This document shows, piece after piece, positions 13,349 through 27,129 of a DNA stretch of 64,000 nucleotides (position 1 is the stretch's first letter; every line of letters starts with the position of its first letter). The DNA lies in assembly GCA_951406725.2 (NCBI GenBank), contig OX597825.1, forward strand, positions 68,014,001 through 68,078,000, written 5' to 3'. The notes under the pieces are model-generated. The model was not told the origin of the DNA, made no database searches, and saw only the letters and a program-made list of their open reading frames with translations. Both the position numbers and the translations under genes were made by a program. This DNA is from Octopus vulgaris. Its lineage: Eukaryota.

Positions 13349-14233
13349 CTGTGGAGGCATGGAAACAAAACATTGGAATGGTTTGAAACAAAAACAAAAA
13401 AAAAATGATAAAGAACCAACATCATCAATTTCAATTGTATAAGAAAATTATATATTTATATATATATATAAATATATATATACACATATATATACATATA
13501 TATATACATACATATATATATATATATGTATATATATATATGTATATATATATATCAAGAAGAGTATCCATGCCATACTAGAATATTAATCATCATATAA
13601 GTGATAATCCACAGATTCATATTTCAATAACATTTTTTTGAAACAAGAGATAAGAATCCCTGCTAAAGCACAATACCAGCTTAAAACTAGTTTATTAACA
13701 CAAACCATCAAGTTTTTAAAAAACACACAAAATAAACAAATATTCTCATGCTAATTATACGATAGCGATATGACGCATAAACTCAACCAACGCTTGTTAA
13801 ATAATATTTTACTTTGAACCTTCAGTTTTTGTCTTGCTAAACTCAATTGTGGTTTGTTTTTTTAACTTGAGAAAGGCCTTTTATTTCTCTTGGAATTTAC
13901 CTTTGTTCCATATTATTGAGATGACATGCAACAGTATTTTTAGCTATGAAGCACTATTCAGACTTCCTTTCCTTAGTTTAAGCATATATGAAAAAAACCT
14001 CGAAAGCAAGAATCTACTATCATATACATGTGTGTATATATATAATAATGAAACCAATGTAAATACATATTTTTTGGACCGCTTCCTTCTGAAGCTAAGC
14101 CTTTGTACCTAAAATATAAAGGTTTTTTGCAAAACTTTTTGCATTGTTAGAAGCTTTCTTTATTTCCATTTTCTTTCATTTTCTACTTCTGTCCTACAAT
14201 GCTTCAAGCAAACTACAATGGTCTTATATATAT

Positions 14234-14281
<48 letters not shown>

Positions 14282-14522
14282 GGAGAGAGAGAGGGAGAGA
14301 GAGAGAGAGAATGAGCTATAAAAATCTAAAGTAAGCATGGTATAGATAGTTGGATAGTTGCCTGGTAGTGCTCACAGAAACCATAACTTCTTCATCAGGA
14401 ATGGGTTATGCCAAAATAAAAAGTTAGCTATAAGAATGATTTTCTTTTATGAGAATGACCAGGTATAGAAGCATAAAAGTCAAACAAACAATAACAGATC
14501 TAAGCAGCGGTTTATATAAAAA

Positions 14523-14766
14523 GTTGCATATACAATTAAATGATGTAATCAAGACTTATTTTTACAGCTGTTTCGGATAATCAATGTCTGGTTCTATAAA
14601 CAATGCATATTCTGTAATGAAGTCCAATAATATTGAAAGTGCATGAACAGACATAGATTTTGAAAAACCCATAGATCAAAATCACAATATCCTCATCAGA
14701 AAACACTAATTATCAAAACAGCTGTAAAGACAAGTCTTGATTACATCACATAATTGTATATGCAAC
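14523..14766. repeat. Inverted repeat (~50-bp arms) covering a hammerhead cleavage site
   Basis: gttgcatatacaatt...tacagctgttt (14523-14573) pairs with aaacagctgta...aattgtatatgcaac (14716-14766). Confidence 0.8.
14558..14704 (-). ncRNA. Type I hammerhead ribozyme with ~110-nt stem II insertion
   Basis: guuuu-CUGAUGA-GGAUA...(long loop)...UAUCC-GAAA-CAGCU-GUA/aaaau. Stem III is the palindrome ACAGCUGU. Confidence 0.7.
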
Positions 14767-15375
14767 ATTCCATATAATTAGATTCTTTACACCTGCTATT
14801 ATTTGTCTGTGTTTTCTGTTTATATATATATATTAAGATAGATGACAGAAGAACTAATTCCAAGATATCTTAGTAAGCTTATGACTACAGTTTATTAGCT
14901 AGCAGCAAACTCATCTAAAATGGTTGTGATAACAAAAACAAATTGTGTCTAAAGAAGGAGAGTATCAGAAACTTTGCATCCATAATTGTTCAAGAGAAAA
15001 ATTATAGCTAGTACCCATAACAGTTGGATAACAAAAGAAAAATTCTTAGACACAAAACTGACAAATGAAAAGAAAATTATATTTAGAGTAAATGAATAAC
15101 AAAACATAAATAATAACCAAAATGATTAAATTTCAAGAAATTCTTTAATCCATTATAATTATAATTACATATGGTATACCCCTAGTGGAAATATTAGTCT
15201 GCATGTAAGAAATACTTATATCTCTCTTTTTTTCTATTGTTGAATGATTATTAACAATCAAGGGAGAAAAAAACAGACAGGAATGCCTTTTAAACTGTAA
15301 ACTATTTCCTGTTTATAAGAAATGTCTAACTTTATAGAATGTTGAATTTAACTTGATTTATTTGTCACAAGATAT

Positions 15376-15422
15376 GCCATGCTGATGATTTCAAATAAGG
15401 ATGAAATAGTGCTTTACACGGC
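15376..15422 (+). ncRNA. Degenerate hammerhead motif
   Basis: GCCAUG-CUGAUGA-UUUC aaauaa GGAU-GAAA-UAGUGCU-UUA/CACGGC. Stem I pairs 5/6, with mismatches in stems II and III. Confidence 0.4.
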
Positions 15423-17477
15423 TACCAATGACTTGAACCTTTAAGAACTTTATAACATGTAGAAAAGCAATATTATTAGTAACTCTTTATACGTACATAC
15501 GTAAGAGCATATGTATGTATGTGTGTATGTATGTATGTATGTATGTATGTATGTATGTATGTATGTATGTATGTATGTATGTATGTATGTATGTATATAA
15601 ATTTCAAAGGTGAATGTAAACAGAAGCACAACAAGGAAAGAACAGAAAATTCACACACAAAACATGTATTATCGTTAAAGGTGTGAAATTGTAATGACTT
15701 TTTGGATGGTAACTGATGAGGAAAGAGCACATCCTTGTCTTGCGTGTGGACTTTCTGTTCATGCCTTGTCGTGCATCTGTTTAATTTTTGAAACCTATCA
15801 TTCAATGTAACACCACTCACCTATCTTCTCTTTGTCACTATGTGTGTGTGTATTATTCGGTAATCTTGATCAATTTGTAGAACACAACAAAAGACTAACT
15901 GAAGTTAAGGCTCTATACATTTAGTATATACAGTATTCCTTGGATTAATGTGATACTTTTTCACTTGAATCACATCCATCTAAGCAATACTCAATTTAGT
16001 AATACATTTAAAGCCTAAAAGCCATGATTAAATAGTAATGATATTTATGCAAATTATATAACATATAATTAATATATATAACATTAATATATATAACATA
16101 TAATTAATATATTCACCCAACAGAGTGTATTGAGTACTCCTATTTTTATTTGTGATATTAAATTATTATAGTATATACGTGCACACAAAAATGTGTATAT
16201 GAATGTGTATATGTATATATATTATGTTATATTTTATTATATGATATTATATTACATTTTATACATATATGTAGAATGGTTGTTTATGTGTATGCATATG
16301 TGTATGTGTGTGCCTGTGTGTGCATGCATGCATGCAAGTGTATGCATGCATGCAAGTGTATGCATGTAAATATAGTTACTTTGCATACAGCTGTTGTCTG
16401 TCAGAAAGTACAACATAATATATACTAAAGTAATTTTTGTGTTTGCTTCATTTACATACATATATACATGTATATATGTATGTATGCATGTATGTATGCA
16501 TTATATATATAGAGAGAGAGGAATAGAAAGGAGAGGTAGAGGAAGAGAAAGAAAGAGAGAAAGGAGGAAGAAAGGAGAGGAACAAAAAGAAAGAGAGATA
16601 GGGAGAGAAAATATCCTGATGATTTCAGTACCAAAAAGCAAGACCACTCCACCTAAATTTGACCACAGTATCAAAAAAATAGCTTTAACGCTACTTGAGA
16701 ATATATAGACAAAACTCATACATAAGACATAACAAAAATTATAAGATTAACGAACATGTAAAACAAAGATCATAAAAATGTATATGAAACAAAAACTATA
16801 AAACATATATAATCATATATAATACATGCACTGTATATATAGTGTACTGTTCGTTTGTTGATGGGATCAATAAAAAAAAGTAGTCAATCCATTAAGTATA
16901 AGTCAATGAATACAGAAGTTATGTGAGCTACTTTAAGTTTCATGATTGGATAGTGCAGCAATAAAATAGGTTTGATTGCTCAATCCAGCAATCATTCAGC
17001 GTGAATGATTGACACAGTATTCTATACAAACCCATCCAATTACTACACTATCTAAATAAGAAACTTGAAGTTGCTCTTACATTTATTAAATGATAATATA
17101 TATTATATATATTTGTATAAATTGTATGCATGTATTTTCTGTATTTAATGCTTTGCACTTTACCAGAATTTTTCAGCTAGGGTCAAGTAGAAAAACCACT
17201 CCAAACCTGGAGTTTCCCTGTAAATAAAATATGGACTATCTTGTAATGGCTTGGAGTCATAGAACATATAATAAGAAAGTTAAACCAAATGGTGATATTT
17301 TGAATGAATTTAATACACATATTTCAAATCATTTTGCAAGAAATATTTTGAAATGTCTTAACCATATATGTTATCTAACAGATAAATTCCTTTTCTCTCT
17401 TGCAAAAGGATCTGAAATGAAATGCAAAAGGATCTGAAATATTAAATGTATTCAAAATATCAATATATTTGACATGA

Positions 17478-17523
<46 letters not shown>

Positions 17524-17555
17524 GTGAGAGAGTAGTCCATGCCATCAAAGTGACA

Positions 17556-17609
<54 letters not shown>

Positions 17610-17840
17610 CATTAAGGCAGAGTGTTGGCAGAATTGATACCATGCTAAAAAAAATGGTTAGCAGCATTTTTTCTGTCTTTATGTTCTGAGTTCAAATGCC
17701 GTTGAAGTCAACTTTGCCTTTCATCTATTCAGGGTCGAAAAAATAAGTACCAGTTGAACACTAGAGTTGATTTAACCAACTTAGCCCCTCCCCACAAACC
17801 TGCTGGCTTGTGCCAAAATTTGAAACAACTATTATTATTA

Positions 17841-17892
<52 letters not shown>

Positions 17893-18247
17893 CATTATTA
17901 TTAAGGTAGGGTGCTGGCAGAATCGTTAGTATGCTGAACGAAATGCTTACCAACATTTCATCTATATTTAGATTCTGAATCCAAATTCCACCAAAATTCA
18001 TCCTTGCCTTTCATCCTTCCAGGGTCGATAAAATAACCACCAGTCGAGCCCTGGGGGTTGATGCAATCATTTGACTGTGACCATGCTGGAGCACCGCCTT
18101 TAGTCGAGCAAATCGACCCCAGAACTTAGTCTTTGTAAGCCTAGTACTTATTCTATCAGTCTCTTTTGCTGAATCGCTAAGTTACGGGGACGTAAACACA
18201 CCAGCATCAGTTGTCAAGTGATGTTGGGGGAACAAACAGACACACAA

Positions 18248-18292
<45 letters not shown>

Positions 18293-19544
18293 TACACATA
18301 TATATACATATACGATGGGCTTCTTTCAGTTTCCATCTAACCAGATCCACTCACAAGGCTTTGGTCAGCCCGAGGCTATAGTAGAAGACACTTGCCCAAG
18401 GTGCCACGCAGTGGAACTAAACCTGGAACCATGTGGTTTGTAAGCAAGCTACTTACCACACAGCCACTCCTATGCCTGTATTAGTCAATAAATTTTAAAT
18501 GAACTGATGGGAGTTTGTGGTAACGAAGATGTAAAAGTTTACATTGATTGGTTATTTTATATGAGAACCAGATATAATTTAGAAGCTTTAATGTTTGGTT
18601 CATTAAAACTTTCTATATTTTTTTGCTTTCATCCATTTGTTTTTTTTTTGTTTTGTTTTTTACTAATAATATTTAGTGTTAATTATGTTGTTAATTAAGA
18701 GTGAATATGAAGAGGGTGATGAACAAAAATGAATTATATCCATTCACACTCCAAGATTGAATTCTGCGCAAATAGATATGCTTTATCTTTCATTCTTTCA
18801 AAATCCATAAAATAAGGATATGTTAAATACTGGTCGATGAATTAAGTAAATTAAGTACCATTCAAGTACTGGGTTTGGTAAATAAAGTACCAGTTAAATA
18901 CCAGAGTTGATAAATTGAGTACAAGACAATATAATCAATTGTTCCTTCACTGCAAATATATGACCTAAGTTAGAAATCAATAATGCCGTAAAATTAGTTA
19001 TTCTATGATCTATTGGTGCATGGCGTAGTGGTTAAAGCATCGGTTTCACAATCATAAGGTAATGAGTTTGATTCGCTGACCAGGTTGTGTGTTGTGTTCT
19101 TGAGCAAGACACTTCATTTCACATTGCTCCAGTTCACTCAGCTGTAGAAATGTGTTGTGACATCACTGGTGTCAAGCTGTATCGGCCTTTGCCTTTCCCT
19201 TGGATAGCATCAGTGGCATGGAATGGCAAGGCTGGTATGCATGGGTGACTGCTGCTCTTCCATAAACAACCATGCCCAGGCTTGTGCCTCGAAGGAAAAC
19301 TTTCTAGGTGCAATCCCATGGTCATTCATTTACTCTTTTACTCTTTTACTCTTTTACCATATGATCCATTAAACTTTTGTTACTACATTTCTCTCAAAAT
19401 ACAGCACCTTTGTTGCAATTAACTTTTAAAATTATGCTAAATTTATTAAACTAATTTATCATTAAGCTGGTGCTTGAAACAAATTAACATGAAAATAGCT
19501 GGAACAGCTCTCCGGCTTACCAGCTCCAGTCACACTATCTAACC

Positions 19545-19949
19545 CTACGGTTCTCAACCATTTTTTTTATCTAAGGGCCCACACAGCAAAATAGTAAATT
19601 GGGGATCCACATTAGTATTTTAAGGGCCCCTGAAAAAATGTTGCTTTAGATTTATGTATTGGTATGTATTGCATGAAACAGCTTGGTTCCTTTCTCCAAC
19701 ATTTCACATAGTTCAACCTACACAAGTTAATGTGTGAAAAACAAAATAGGGATTTTGAAAGAAGTTTCTATAAAACTTTTAAACATCAAATGGTTATAGG
19801 GGTCCACCAGAATATAATAATAATCAAATTTTTTTCAGGGGCCTTTAAAATACTAATGTGGATCCCCGATTTACTATTTTGCTGTGTGGGCCCCCAAAGA
19901 TCTTATATGGGCTCTCAGGGGCCATATGGACCCCAGTTCAGAACCACTG
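19545..19949. mobile_element. hAT-type MITE with long subterminal inverted repeats
   Basis: Ends ..cggttctcaacc / gttcagaaccactg. A ~60-bp internal inverted repeat pairs ~19577-19640 with ~19828-19891. Confidence 0.75.
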
Positions 19950-21569
19950 GTTTAACCCATGCCAACATGGAAAACAAACATGGTCTAGGGTTCAGTCCTG
20001 CTGTATATGGTACCTTGGGCAATGTCTTCAACTAGAGCTTGAGCCAACCAAAGCTTTGTGAATGGATTTGGTAGATGGAAACTGAAAGGGGAGAGGGGGA
20101 GGGGGAATAGAGGTAGGGGAGGGGAGGAAGAGATGAGGGGGTGGGGAAGGAGGAGGAGGGGGAGAACTCCATCCTACCTAACTCAAAAAGAAGCTTCACT
20201 AACTGACAACACTAAATACTGGCTTCTGGAAAGATCTTTTTTTCTTTTCTCTCTTGCAATGGGACAGATAATGAAACGAAAGTTTACAGATAAATTTTAG
20301 AGATTGAAAAAAAAATGTAAAATGAATCAGCTTTAAAATATATTGTATTACATGTAACGAAGTTTTCCAAAAATCATTCGTTTATATTTTTATTCTTATT
20401 TTTTATTTTTCTTAGTCATAAGCCTGACAAAATTAATTAACCATACACTTTCTTAAAAACTAAAACTTTCTATTTTGTTTGAACTATGTGAACTAGTTAA
20501 AGAAATTATCATACTGAAACTTCCAAACTAACAACCAGTCTGTGTTTTTTTTGTTTTTTTGCTGCTAATCTACATTAAGATGGTTTGAGGAAATTAGACA
20601 CAAACAAGTGTGTTTCTGTTGCAGCAAAACTAGCCTCATATATCAAAATTAATTTGGCTTCAGAGCTAATCATTCAACTCAATGAATACTTATTACTCAC
20701 ATTGAAAGCAATAATGAAAGATTAGATACAGGACAAAATGCAAATGAGGTTAGTGATTATGAGAAAAGTGATATTCATTGCAAATGTTTAGATTTGTTAG
20801 GCTAAAAGTGTGAGTCACTATGTTCAAGAGACATGGCAATAGAATTTATTTCAGTGATTGAGTGAGTTAACCCTTTAGCAGTCAGATTCCTCTGTCAAGT
20901 GTAATGCTTATTTATCCACATCATCATCATCATCATTGTTTAATGTCCGCTTTCCATGCTAGCATGGGTTGGATGATTTGACCAAGGTCTGGCGAACCAG
21001 ATGGCTGCACCAGACTCCAATCTGATCTGGCAGAGTTTCTACAGCTGGATGCCCTTCCTAACGCCAACCACTCCAAGAGTGTAGTGGGTGCTTTTACATG
21101 CCACCGGCACGAGGGCCAGTCAGGAGGTACTAGCAACGGCCACGCTCAAATGGTGCTTTTTATGTGCCACCTGCACAGGAGCCAGTCCAGCGGCACTAGC
21201 AACGACCGCGCTCAAATGTTTTTTCACGTGCCACCAACACAAGTGCTAGTAAGGTGACGCAGGTAACGATCACACTCGAATGGTGTTTTTAACGTGCCAT
21301 CAGCACAGAGGCCAGCTTGTTGCTCTGGCAATGATCTCATTCATATGGTACTCTTAGCACTCCACTAGCACGAATGCCAGTCATCGAATTTGATTTCATG
21401 CATTATCTTGTAGCTTTGAGATTTAGATGATGTAGTTATTTATTTCTAGAATGCTATTGTAGAGTAAATGCCAAAGGCTGGATCTGGGTAGTTTGAACAT
21501 GAAGTAGGTAGAATATTTGGGCTGGATGCTGGTTTAAATGCTAAAGGTTTAATCTGTAACCCAGCCTAA

Positions 21570-21930
21570 CAACACTAGATGGCCCTTAGGTGTTTTAGGG
21601 AAGTCCACTCTGGTGCTCAGATGAGACTGACCTATGCATTCTGTCACCTTTAGAGTTGCTTTTGGTCATGACTGGAGACCAGAATTTGCACGAAAGTATG
21701 TATTTTCCAAGCATTCATCAGGACCGCCCTTCTCTATGGGCGTGAATCCTGACCTGTGAGAGCTGGAGATCTCTGGGAACTTGGTTGAATTCTGCATGTT
21801 TGCCCATTGGACTTCATTTCAAATCCCAAAATGTGACAATACTGCTACATCAGCTCTCTGCAACAAGCTCAACTCACAAGACATCTAAAGTGGCTTAGCC
21901 GTACTCTCCGTCAGCCTCTGGGGGTATTTC
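21570..21930 (+). mobile_element. RTE-like LINE fragment
   Basis: KVCIFQAFIRTALLYGRES* corresponds to the LLYG.E.W motif. Confidence 0.65.
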
Positions 21931-23063
21931 ATATACAAGGCAACACTGATATCAACAATGACAATGATGATGATGAGGACAATGATGTTGATGGCAATGA
22001 TGATTGAATCTGTATTTCAGTTTTATTATAATCATTTTGTCTACAATATTGTTATTGTAATTGTTGCTGTTAGTGTTGCTGTTGTTGTTGTTGGTGGTGG
22101 TGGTGGCGGCGGTGGCGGTGGCGGCAGCAGTGGTAGTGGCAGTGGTGGTGGTGGTGGTGGTGGTGGTGGTGACGGTGGTAGTGGTGGTAGCGGTGGTGGT
22201 GGCGATTGTGGTGGAGGTGGTGGTGATTATAGTGTCCTTGGGGGGAGTCTGCCTGGATGGAGTAGACCTATAATCACAATCATGTTACAGCCAAGATCAT
22301 TCTATCAAGTTTTTTTTTTTGGTGGGGTTTTTAAGTTTCCTTTTAGGTACGGCTTATCTAAGACTACATTATTCAATTGTGTCTCTTCTTATTAAGATGG
22401 TAGGTTGTGGTTAAAGAAAGATTTGGTTGCTATTTCTCACAGGCAAAGCAACATTGTAGAGATTCCTCTCATTGCCTTGAGACAAACATTCTAAATCTAG
22501 AGTTTAAATAAGACCAATAGCTAGATATAGATGAATAAAATACCATTAAATACCAGCCAAAGATAAGATAAAACTAATTATATACCATTCTTTAAAAAAA
22601 AAATGTTTATCAACAAATAAAAGAAGAAATGTTTTCTTCATCAATTAACCAAAACTGAATTCTTGAATGAGATGCGATAACAATCTTGATTCATATATTG
22701 ATGGTTCTTTTGCTTCAGAAAATACTACATTAATTAACTAGGCATTCAATTAAACAGAAATAATGACATTCTATCCAAACTATGTTAAAAATGTATGTAA
22801 AATGTATAATATGAAAAATCTATCTATTAAGCCAATAGGCACAGGTGTGGTGGCGCGGCTAAGACGTTTGGTTCTAATCTAAATTATATGGTTTTGGTTT
22901 CCATTTAACAGTGTATTACTTTACGAAAGTGTCTTCTGCTCTAACCCCAGGATAATCAAAACCTTGTGGGTGGATTTGGTAGACAGAAACTGAAAGAAGT
23001 CTGTTTATGATATCATCATTATTTTTATGTCCATTTTGTCATGCTTGTATGTATCAAACAGAG

Positions 23064-23360
23064 GTTAAGTTAAGTTAATTTTTTGGCTCAAAAGGCAAAA
23101 AGCAAGGCCATGTAGGGGGACATGGAGTTATGTACAGAGTGGTGTTCATGCAAAGAGTTCAGGCCATTTGTGGTCAGGGGAGACTTTGAACCGAGCGGTC
23201 GTCAGCATCTTCACTATCTCGTCCGGCAGCTTATTCCACGGATCCACAACCCGGACGGAGAAAGCCCCTCTCCTTCGATTGAGATGAAATCGATGCAGAT
23301 AGAGCTTTTCAGAGTGACCCCGCAGCCAACGCTCTGGAGCAGGAGTGAAGAACTGAAGCA
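23064..23360 (-). mobile_element. CR1-clade LINE 3' end
   Basis: LRGHSEKLYLHRFHLNRRRGAFSVRVVDPWNKLPDEIV (RGH..KL...FS.RVV..WN.LP motif), followed by a (TTAAC)n tail. Confidence 0.85.
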
Positions 23361-23760
23361 GGTTTTCTATGGTTAGATGCCCTTTCTGTTGTTAACCCTC
23401 ACCTGTTTCCCAGCAAGGTAAATTTTTCCCCTTGGCCAGACAGTGTTTTTTTCAGAATGGTGGATATGAATGATGCCGCTTGTATGACAGTGATACTCAT
23501 TTACAGCTACTATGTGATGTCAAATCAAGGGGACAAATACATACAAACACACACACACATACACACAAATCTTTTATCTTTTATCTTGCTTCTGTCATTA
23601 AACTGTGACCATGCTGGAGCACTACCTTTAAGAATTTTTTTAGTCAAATAAATCAACCCCAGCACTTATTTCTTTATTTAAGACTGATATTCATTCTACC
23701 GATCTCTTTTGCTGAACTGCTAAGTTACAGAGACAAAAACACACCAACACCAGTTGTCAA

Positions 23761-23868
23761 GCAATGGAGGGGATAAACATAGGCACAAAGATACACACAC
23801 ACACACACATATATATATGTGTGTGTGTGTGTGTGTATCTTTGTGCCTATGTTTATCCCCTCCATTGC
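23761..23868. repeat. 108-bp near-perfect palindrome
   Basis: gcaatggaggggataaacataggcacaaagata(ca)n(ta)n(tg)n tatctttgtgcctatgtttatcccctccattgc, with one mismatch near the centre. Confidence 0.95.
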
Positions 23869-25543
23869 ATATATATGTGTGTGTGTGTGTGTGTATAAAT
23901 ATATATATATATTCATACATCATCATCATGGTCATTGTCCTTATCGTCGTGATGATGATGATAGTGGTTGTCATCGCCATCATTGTCGTCATCGTTGTCA
24001 CTGTTATCATCATTGTGGTCATCATCGTCATCATCGTCATCATGGTCATTGTCCTCACCGTTGTGGTGATGATGATGATGATGATGATGACGACGATGGT
24101 GGTGGTGGCAGTGGTCGTCATTGTCATCGTCGTTGTCATTGTTATTATCATTGTGGTCATTGTCAACATCTTGGTGGTGGTGGTGGTGGTGGTGGTGGTT
24201 ATGGTGGTGGTGGTGGTTGTTCTGGCTATGGTGGTGGTGGCTATGGTGGTGGCGGCAGCGGTGGTGATGATGGTGGCGGTGGCACCAGCAGCTGCAGTGG
24301 TGGTGGTGATAAAACATTGGTTTTCATTGGACAAAAACCCCAAGTGCAAAGGAAACTAATCCAAGAAATCCTCCATTTATTCCAGTACATAGATGCCTGT
24401 ATGTAGGCCAATGACTGAAATGGTAGGTACTATATTCCTCACAGCAATTCTATTTATCTAATTCTTCAAAGGACTCTCTTCAAATTTTCTTTGCCATTTA
24501 AATTACATGATGAAAGCAATGTCTGCCATAGCGACAGAAAACTTAAAATCTATCAGAGACATAACAAGAAATTGTCTATAAATTTCATGTAAGCACAATA
24601 CCTATACTAATGAACTATTCTTAATACCCACACTAACGAACCATTCTGTAAAGCTGAATTTTGATAAGCCTAAATATATTATCATTCTAAGAAAAAAAAA
24701 ATTTATTGAGTAACGGATAAATTCAATTTTGCTCTTAAATATTAAAAAAAAAAAGAGAGATTTTTATATTCTACTTATTGTTTATTTCAGACCATCCTTC
24801 AGATTTACTTATAAGCAGGCATGGTAAGAATCTTGCTTCCCAACCACATAGTCCTGGGTTCAGTCCCACTGTGTGGCACCTTGGGCAAGTGTCTTCTACT
24901 AGGAGGGAGGAGGGGAGGAGGGGGGGGAGGCCTCCATCCTACCTAATCACTTTGTGATGATGATGATGATGATGATGGTGATGGTGATGATGATGATGAT
25001 GGTGGTGGTGGTAGTGGTGGTGGTGGTGGTGGTTTCAAATTTTGGCACAAGGCCACCAATTTCAGGGAAGGGGATAAATCTATTACATCAACTTGTGTTC
25101 AACTGGTACTTGTCTTATCTACCCCAAAAGGATGAAAGACAAAGCTAACTGCAGCAGAATTTGAACTCAGAACATGAAGACGGATGAAATGCCACTAAGC
25201 ATTTTGCCTGGTATGCTAATGATTCTGCCAGCACACCACCTTAATAATGATGACGATGATAACAACAACAACAACAACAACAATAATAATCCTTTCAACT
25301 ATAGGCGCAAGGTCTGAGCTTCTTAAGGGAGGAGACTAGTCAATTACATTGAGCCCAGTAGACAACTGGTACTTATTTTATCAACCTCCAAAACAAAAAA
25401 GACTTTGGTGGAAATTGAACTCAGATCGTAAAGACAGATGAAATACCACTACGCGCTTTGTCCAGAGTACAAACAACTCTGCCTGCTTGCCACCTTAATA
25501 ATAGTAATGGCTTCAAAATTTAATGATGATGATAATAATAATG

Positions 25544-25598
<55 letters not shown>

Positions 25599-26545
25599 CA
25601 TATGATAACAGAGTAGATACCAAGGAGATTGAGGAAAAATTGAGATCTATTATGATCTAGCTAGAGACAGAAAGATATTGGAAGTGAGACTCACATTGTT
25701 GACCTGCAGAAAAGAATCCAAAAAAAAAGATTCCTCAGATTTGTCGAGGAGACTTTTTGTCACCAAACCATAAGATAACATATCCCTGCTAATTAAATTA
25801 GGACATAATAGCTTTGGCATGATGATAATCTTTTCTTTATTAGCCGCGAGGGCTGAAACGCATACAGAAAAATATGAAATGTTCTCTACAGGGTTTACAA
25901 AGACAATGTGTACAGCATAACATATAAGCTTTACAAAGACAAGGGAAGTGGGTTTAAGACATTAAAGAATATATAAATGAACAAAATTAAGATTTTAAAA
26001 GCACAATAATTTACACTGAAATAAATAAAGAAAAAGATGATAACACACAGAAATTAAAAACATGATATAATTAAAAAGAAATAAAACATGAAAATATTAT
26101 TGACCAGGTCATGTTAGAGGACAGTACGTCTGCCTTTTAGTTAATTTTTTTAGTATATGTTGTCTTATGCAACCAAAAGCACCAGTAAGCATTTTTTTTT
26201 TCAACCAGATATGTTTGAAGACATCAAGTTGTTTTTTTTAATTAGCTATAGTGCCTTTCTTAGGTTTTTCTCACAACCAATCTCTTGCATGCTAGATATA
26301 TTCTAAACCTAACTGCATTTGTGTTATTTTTATTTCTTAAGAAAGTTCCTGACACCACAGATGCATAATTCTGTTAAATTTGGTAATCTGTTTAATTGTT
26401 CTAACAACGGTGAATCTTAATCTTTTGGCCTCCACTTCATTTTCTTCATTATTTTTCTGAGTTTGTTCTGGATCTTCGCATTCTGAGTTCAAATTCCAAG
26501 ATGAGGACAATAATAATAATAATAATAACAATAATAATAATGATG

Positions 26546-26625
<80 letters not shown>

Positions 26626-26896
26626 TAATAATATTTTCTACTAAAGGCACAAGGCCTGAAATTTGAAAGGCGGTTAGAAGACTAGTCTATTACATTGACC
26701 CCAGTATTTAACTGGTACTTAATTTATCAAACCCAAAAGGATGAATGGCAAAGTTGACCTCAACAGAATTTGAACTTAGAATGTAATGACAGATGAAGTG
26801 CTGCTTAGCATTTTGTCCGGAATGCTAACAATTCTGCTAACTCACCACCTTGGAATAATAATAATAATAACAATAAAAATAACAATAATAATAATA

Positions 26897-27014
<118 letters not shown>

Positions 27015-27129
27015 TAATAATAATACTCATGGTCTCAGAACAAACAGATCTTCAAATGACTATGATGCAAGAAATATGTTGGAAACATCACAAACCAATA
27101 TTGATTAGATAAGCATCGTTGTGTCCTAC

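Noticed and set aside
15712-15740. CTGATGA-GGA...TCC hairpin
   Set aside because: It lacks the GAAA and NUH half of a hammerhead.
15476-15820. ORF starting VSGVTLNDRF, reminiscent of the TLNERF motif of BCLAF1/THRAP3/CHTOP
   Set aside because: The match is short, the start is a splice-donor-like GTG, the ORF runs into a microsatellite, and there are no supporting exons.
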